A stretch of DNA of 37,168 nt, from positions 1-37,168 of the IMG/VR virus record IMGVR_UViG_3300017988_000012. One strand, written 5' to 3'. Source of the DNA: a virus. Lineage: Duplodnaviria > Caudoviricetes. The stretch's first letter is position 1; each line of letters begins with the position of its first letter. The position numbers were made by a program, and so were the translations under genes. Below, in pieces: positions 33,111 through 37,168 of the stretch. Below the pieces are notes generated by a model. It had not been told where the DNA came from. It saw nothing but the letters and a program-made list of their open reading frames with translations, and ran no database searches.

Positions 33111-34106
33111 ATGAGTAGTCAACTTCCTTCAAGAAATCCTACCGCCTACTTAGGCACAAGATCAACGAATCCTGGACAAGTTTATTTCAAGACTCATGAT
33201 CCTGTCAGCACTGTAGATTTTCGCCCTTATATTCCTGGAGATATTTGGATCAACACAGCAGGAAACACAGTGTGGACGCTGGTGAAGAAAACTACCACAT
33301 CCGGGACATGGGTAGGATATAGCGGAGCATCCAATGACATCGAGCAAATTACTCCATCTTCTGGCGCTCCTATCGTTCCAATAGCCAACAATGTGAATCT
33401 CCTTGGCGATTCGACGTCCGGCGTAGCCACGACTAACACGGCCTCTAATGCTATCACTATTTCAGTGGCCAATGCTTCCACAGCAAGCAAAGGTGTTGCA
33501 GAGTTTGATCCTACATATTTTTCTGTCACTTCTGGAACTGCAACTCTCAAGGTTCCCCTTACTATTTCTGCCGGAGGGACAAATGCCTCATCCTTCTCAA
33601 CCTCGACAGGAATCGTTAAATACAATGGAACTGCTCTAGTCTCCTCTGCCAATGCCACGCTAGACTCTTCGGACAGATACCAAAATCCTGCACAGCCTGT
33701 GTTCATTGCCTCAGCTGCACTCCAATCCAATGTAACTGGCGATGATACAGACTACGTGGTGCAATTCACGACAGTGACAGAGAATGTGGGGAGTAGCTTC
33801 GATGGAACCTCGACATTCACAGCGCCAGTCAATGGAAATTATTCTTTCAACTACGTCCTCACGACAAATGGAATAGTGGCCGCCAACACAGCTCTCAACG
33901 TAGCGTTCAATATAAATTCATCGCCCATCGACATGCAATTCTGCAATGCATTCAATTGCTCCACAGGAGGAACGCTAAGGGTTATAGGATCGCAGATATT
34001 CAAATTGACTGCTGGCAACACTGTGCAGGTCTTACTCACTGTCTCCAATGGATCAAAAGTTGTCAGTGTAATTGGAGGCTATTTCCAAGGCTATTTATTG
34101 TTTTAG
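33111..34106 (+). CDS. tail fibre/adhesin with C-terminal C1q-like domain
   Basis: PVFIA...NVGSSFDGTSTFTAPVNGNYSF...LTAGNTVQV...FQGYLL. Confidence 0.8.
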   Translation: MSSQLPSRNPTAYLGTRSTNPGQVYFKTHDPVSTVDFRPYIPGDIWINTAGNTVWTLVKKTTTSGTWVGYSGASNDIEQITPSSGAPIVPIANNVNLLGDSTSGVATTNTASNAITISVANASTASKGVAEFDPTYFSVTSGTATLKVPLTISAGGTNASSFSTSTGIVKYNGTALVSSANATLDSSDRYQNPAQPVFIASAALQSNVTGDDTDYVVQFTTVTENVGSSFDGTSTFTAPVNGNYSFNYVLTTNGIVAANTALNVAFNINSSPIDMQFCNAFNCSTGGTLRVIGSQIFKLTAGNTVQVLLTVSNGSKVVSVIGGYFQGYLLF

Positions 34107-34386
34107 GCATGGGCATGGAGATCGATTGCTGTGTTGCCTGTGGCGCAAACATTGTCGTGGGGAATAGAGCAGCCTCGTAATTCCTCATTGTCTCCTGCAT
34201 CAAGAAAATAGCATCCTTCAGCTTCTCTATCTCTTCTCTAGCTTCCTGATATTTCTTTTCCAATTCATCATGCCTGCTAAACATGCCCCTACGAATGTTT
34301 CCGAGGCTCTTTTCTACTTCTCTTATCTCGCCTTTTAATATTTCGGACTCTGATCTTTCGAAAAGCTCCAGCTGAAGACATGACAT
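34063..34386 (-). CDS. coiled-coil protein
   Basis: RBS GAGGAG; QLELF...IRRGMFSRHDEL. Confidence 0.7.
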   Translation of the reverse strand: MSCLQLELFERSESEILKGEIREVEKSLGNIRRGMFSRHDELEKKYQEAREEIEKLKDAIFLMQETMRNYEAALFPTTMFAPQATQQSISMPMPKTINSLGNSLQLH

Positions 34387-34525
34387 ATTTTCTCTCCTCT
34401 CTTTCTTCGTGAGAGAAAATATTAGGATTTTTGGTCAATACAAATCAAGGCAAAAATCTCTTGCCCATTCTTCCCATTGACATTTTTATTTTTTGAATAT
34501 ATGAGGAAGATCCAAAGGAGGATAT

Positions 34526-34693
34526 ATGAAAAAATTATTGTTCATTTTACCTTTGTTTTTTTCACTCATTGGCTGTACCATCTCTATCACCCAAACTGAT
34601 ACGCATGGTGTTTCTGATGATGTTGTAGATACGAATGCCTCAGCTGATGCAGATGTCCAAGCTGATGCCTCAATACCACTCATGAAAAAGTAG
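34526..34693 (+). CDS. small lipoprotein (55 aa)
   Basis: Not in track; RBS AAGGAGG; MKKLLFILPLFFSLIG-C lipobox. Confidence 0.75.
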   Translation: MKKLLFILPLFFSLIGCTISITQTDTHGVSDDVVDTNASADADVQADASIPLMKK

Positions 34694-34700
34694 GAGATTT

Positions 34701-34871
34701 ATGGAAATTCCAAAAATTAGTTACTTATTGACTTTTGTATTCTTGATGGTGTGTGTTTTATTGATTTGCTTTGTTTTTTATATTGGATTAATTGGAGAAA
34801 AAGAAGCAAAGAATGAGAGTAATTTAAAACACTTACAAGAACTTAGCGTTAGCATCCCAATGCATAGCTAG
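34701..34871 (+). CDS. small membrane protein (56 aa)
   Basis: Not in track; RBS AGGAG; one N-terminal TM. Confidence 0.65.
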   Translation: MEIPKISYLLTFVFLMVCVLLICFVFYIGLIGEKEAKNESNLKHLQELSVSIPMHS

Positions 34872-35170
34872 TATCCAAAACCTCCTGGCACATCTCTGAA
34901 TGGAGCTGGGAGGTTGTTTCCTCCCATTGCCTCTAGATATAATCTATCAAGGTCCTGGGCGGACATCCTGGACATTTCTTTTCCAAAAAAATGTGTATAG
35001 ATAGCGTAGCGAAGAGCATCGCAGTTCTTGACGATGACGCCATTCGCTATAAAATTTCCATTGACTTTTGTGGCTAAGCAATAAACATCTTCATTGCCTT
35101 TTTTTCTTATTCCTCGTATCCCAACGAGCTTTGGCTGCGCATGATTTGGAACAATTTGTTGTATGAGCAT
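34868..35170 (-). CDS. terL: intein C-half fused to the TerL C-terminal extein
   Basis: EDVYCLATKVNGNFIANGVIVKN|CDALRYAIYT; ATG 35170 preceded by AGGA. Confidence 0.85.
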   Translation of the reverse strand: MLIQQIVPNHAQPKLVGIRGIRKKGNEDVYCLATKVNGNFIANGVIVKNCDALRYAIYTHFFGKEMSRMSAQDLDRLYLEAMGGNNLPAPFRDVPGGFGY

Positions 35171-35507
35171 ATTTATTTTTCCTAAACTTTTTTCCACAAT
35201 TCATTGAAGTGTTGATTTTCCATGTTAACACCATATCTTTTAGCGTCAAGTCATGGAGCATTTTATATCCTCTTTCTGTATAAATCAAGTGGTCGCCTGT
35301 AGCACAAAGCAATGTTCCGTCATCTAATTCAAGCTCATATATTTCAGCGTTTTTTCTAGTCAATGAAGGATTACTAAAAAGATCCTCCACAATACATTGT
35401 GAAGCCATATCTAAATTATATATTCGTCCAGATTTCTTTTGCTTTGCAAGCTCTTCGATCGTGATATTTCCCTCTGGAGTAGATATAATTGTCGACGCAA
35501 CAACGCA
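35024..35507 (-). mobile_element. split/frame-disrupted intein in TerL
   Basis: Block A CVVASTIISTPEG (Cys1 codon 35507), block B ATGDHLIYT, blocks F/G in the +1 frame ending at Asn 35024. Confidence 0.85.
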
Positions 35508-36638
35508 AGCATGATCACGATCTTTCAAAGGCTTGTCTTCCCCTGTCTTTTGGCATTTCGGATCCCAAACATATCCCTGTACTTCTTTTATCAATGCCTC
35601 GCATTTCCTGCAGATCTTGAGAGTCCCATTAGACATAAATTTGGAGACCAATCGTATCCCGTCCACTACTTCATTCTCTGCTTCAAATAAATTATGTATC
35701 CCAGATCTTCCAAGCTCTAGCTTGAATGAAGCCGCTGAAGGATCAATGTAGATGGCTTTGATTGCCTTATTTTCTATAAATCTTTTGAGATCATCTGCAT
35801 ATTCTGAATCTGTTTTCTGTCTTTGTTTTATCTTACTGTCCCAGTAATAGACATCCTCCACCCACATATTTGGATATCTGGACCTGTTTATCCCTATTAA
35901 GACAAATGAGCATGGATTGGTCGTCCCATAATCTACTCCCACAATGTAGAACTCTGCTGTCCCCGGAGGAAAATCGATGACATGGATGGAAGTATCAAAG
36001 AAATCGTAGATAGCTCCCTCTGCCTGGACCCAGCGTCCTTCTATGAATCTTTGGAACCAGATCCCCTTGTATTGTCGCTTGAGATAATCAGCCTCATCTT
36101 TTGTGAGTTCAGGGTTATCATCGAGAGTGAATTTCCAGCTCTTCACATCAGGATTATCAGTGAGAAAATCCTTCTTGAGCCAATGGTAGGGACTGTCAGG
36201 ATTGGTAGTAGCGAAGATTCTCGCTCCTTTCATAGCGCATCTAGAAATGAGCATCCTGAAGACCGACTCTGGGATGATAGTAGCTTCGTCTACATATGCT
36301 CCAGAAAATGTAGGTCCTCGAATCTTTGCCTCAGCTCTCTCGTCATCTGCTCCAATGATATGAATGGTTTTCCTGAAAACCATCATTTCTCTCTTCCCAG
36401 AATAGTACTTGACATCACTGCCAATCATCTTGGTGAGCTGTGGAAGGAGATTTCGTTTGAAGGAATCATATGTCCTTGTGATGATGCAATATTCGCCCTC
36501 AGGACCATATGTGAGCTCTTTTAGCCATCGCCATAGACTTATGTATGTCTTTCCAGAACGGACAGCTCCTTCCCATATATTAATTCTCGCATCAGAATCA
36601 TGTAAGGAAAAGAGCTGTTTATCTGAAAGAGACGACAT
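35091..36638 (-). CDS. terL: terminase large subunit (PBSX-like), residues 1-377, fused to intein N-half
   Basis: Walker A GAVRSGKT, Walker B AYVDEA, TTNPDSPYHWLK, GVDYGTTNP, DPSAASF, DRDHA|C. Confidence 0.92.
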   Translation of the reverse strand: MSSLSDKQLFSLHDSDARINIWEGAVRSGKTYISLWRWLKELTYGPEGEYCIITRTYDSFKRNLLPQLTKMIGSDVKYYSGKREMMVFRKTIHIIGADDERAEAKIRGPTFSGAYVDEATIIPESVFRMLISRCAMKGARIFATTNPDSPYHWLKKDFLTDNPDVKSWKFTLDDNPELTKDEADYLKRQYKGIWFQRFIEGRWVQAEGAIYDFFDTSIHVIDFPPGTAEFYIVGVDYGTTNPCSFVLIGINRSRYPNMWVEDVYYWDSKIKQRQKTDSEYADDLKRFIENKAIKAIYIDPSAASFKLELGRSGIHNLFEAENEVVDGIRLVSKFMSNGTLKICRKCEALIKEVQGYVWDPKCQKTGEDKPLKDRDHACVVASTIISTPEGNITIEELAKQKKSGRIYNLDMASQCIVEDLFSNPSLTRKNAEIYELELDDGTLLCATGDHLIYTERGYKMLHDLTLKDMVLTWKINTSMNCGKKFRKNKYAHTTNCSKSCAAKARWDTRNKKKRQ

Positions 36639-37054
36639 CAGATCGTCTCTAGTCGATAGTTTTTAAGGCCTAGACCAGAATAGCAGTGTCTTCCATTTCT
36701 ATCTGTTGGCTTCACATTTTTGTTTCTAGTGACGTAAACAAATTCTCTGAAAAACGTATGCTTTTGCTTCAGAGGAATAGAATTGAGCCTGCACCATTCT
36801 ATGTACTCTTCATAGAGAAGATCAGATTCAGTCACCAAGCTTTCGTTGTACACTAATCGTGAATCGATAAATGTATCAACATGCCCCGTGAACTTCTTCT
36901 GATCCTTCGGTCTTGCTCTACGAAATTTCTTCTTTTTATCGCATCGACAAGCAAGATGAACATACGGCGATTTACAGAATCCAAACATATCACGCTGTTG
37001 AGAGTTTTGATCTGACGAAAAAAACCTGCTCTTCAGCCAATTGAATATGCCCAT
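36638..37054 (-). CDS. protein with primase-C-terminal-like winged-helix domain
   Basis: TFIDSRL...LLYEEYIEWCRLNS...TFFREF...YSGLGLK. Confidence 0.6.
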   Translation of the reverse strand: MGIFNWLKSRFFSSDQNSQQRDMFGFCKSPYVHLACRCDKKKKFRRARPKDQKKFTGHVDTFIDSRLVYNESLVTESDLLYEEYIEWCRLNSIPLKQKHTFFREFVYVTRNKNVKPTDRNGRHCYSGLGLKNYRLETI

Positions 37055-37067
37055 AATTTTCCTCTGA

Positions 37068-37168
37068 TTAGAAGGGTATTTGATCTTGATTTAGGGGAAC
37101 TTGAGGTTGCTGTGGAGTGGATGTGGGGCCTTTTCCAATCTTAAATGTCTCTGCAATAGCCTTGAGGC
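37068..37168 (-). CDS. 3' part of the junction-spanning protein, ends DQIPF
   Basis: Open to the window end, stop at 37068-70, in frame with 1..70. Confidence 0.6.
   Translation of the reverse strand, partial: LKAIAETFKIGKGPTSTPQQPQVPLNQDQIPF

Noticed and set aside
35185-35200. -1 frameshift at A-AAA-AAG as the way to join the intein halves
   Set aside because: IntC is in the +1 frame; a -1 shift hits TAG after two codons
28766-36524. Long antisense ORFs (28766..29377, 33227..33730, 35982..36524 and similar)
   Set aside because: Shadows of real genes on the opposite strand, without RBS or motifs
1-37168. Alternative genetic code as the cause of the broken capsid and terminase genes
   Set aside because: Other long genes are intact in code 11 and use all three stop codons; the breaks involve insertions and frame changes, not single stops

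Overview
This window looks like a complete or nearly complete, circularly permuted ~37 kb tailed dsDNA phage genome of podovirus type. A 56-aa minus-strand ORF reads in frame across the end/start junction. Modules: (i) recombination/replication (RusA, PD-(D/E)XK exonuclease, Bet/RecT-like annealing protein, HTH replication initiator); (ii) an isolated TerS-like gene and a minus-strand accessory block (PnuC-like mini-transporter plus AAA_28/NadR-like kinase, Inc-like membrane protein); (iii) portal, scaffold, major capsid protein, tail/ejection and fibre genes; (iv) an antisense operon of eight tiny membrane proteins; (v) TerL. I recognise no integrase, DNA polymerase or endolysin. The main hidden structure is that both core morphogenesis genes are broken and must be repaired after transcription. 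The major capsid gene is split into four exons by three related group I introns (14726-15075, 15245-15671, 15925-16362); splicing restores one 315-aa ORF. Two of the introns carry small non-endonuclease cargo ORFs that appear to use the ribozyme core for both ribosome-binding site and stop codon. TerL is split into two overlapping out-of-frame ORFs carrying the N- and C-halves of an intein (predicted protein trans-splicing). Also seen: a tRNA-like element without a canonical anticodon arm, candidate antisense sRNAs, three 8-bp-period repeat arrays embedded in coding sequence, and a duplicated promoter. All family assignments are from motif recognition by eye; no searches were run.
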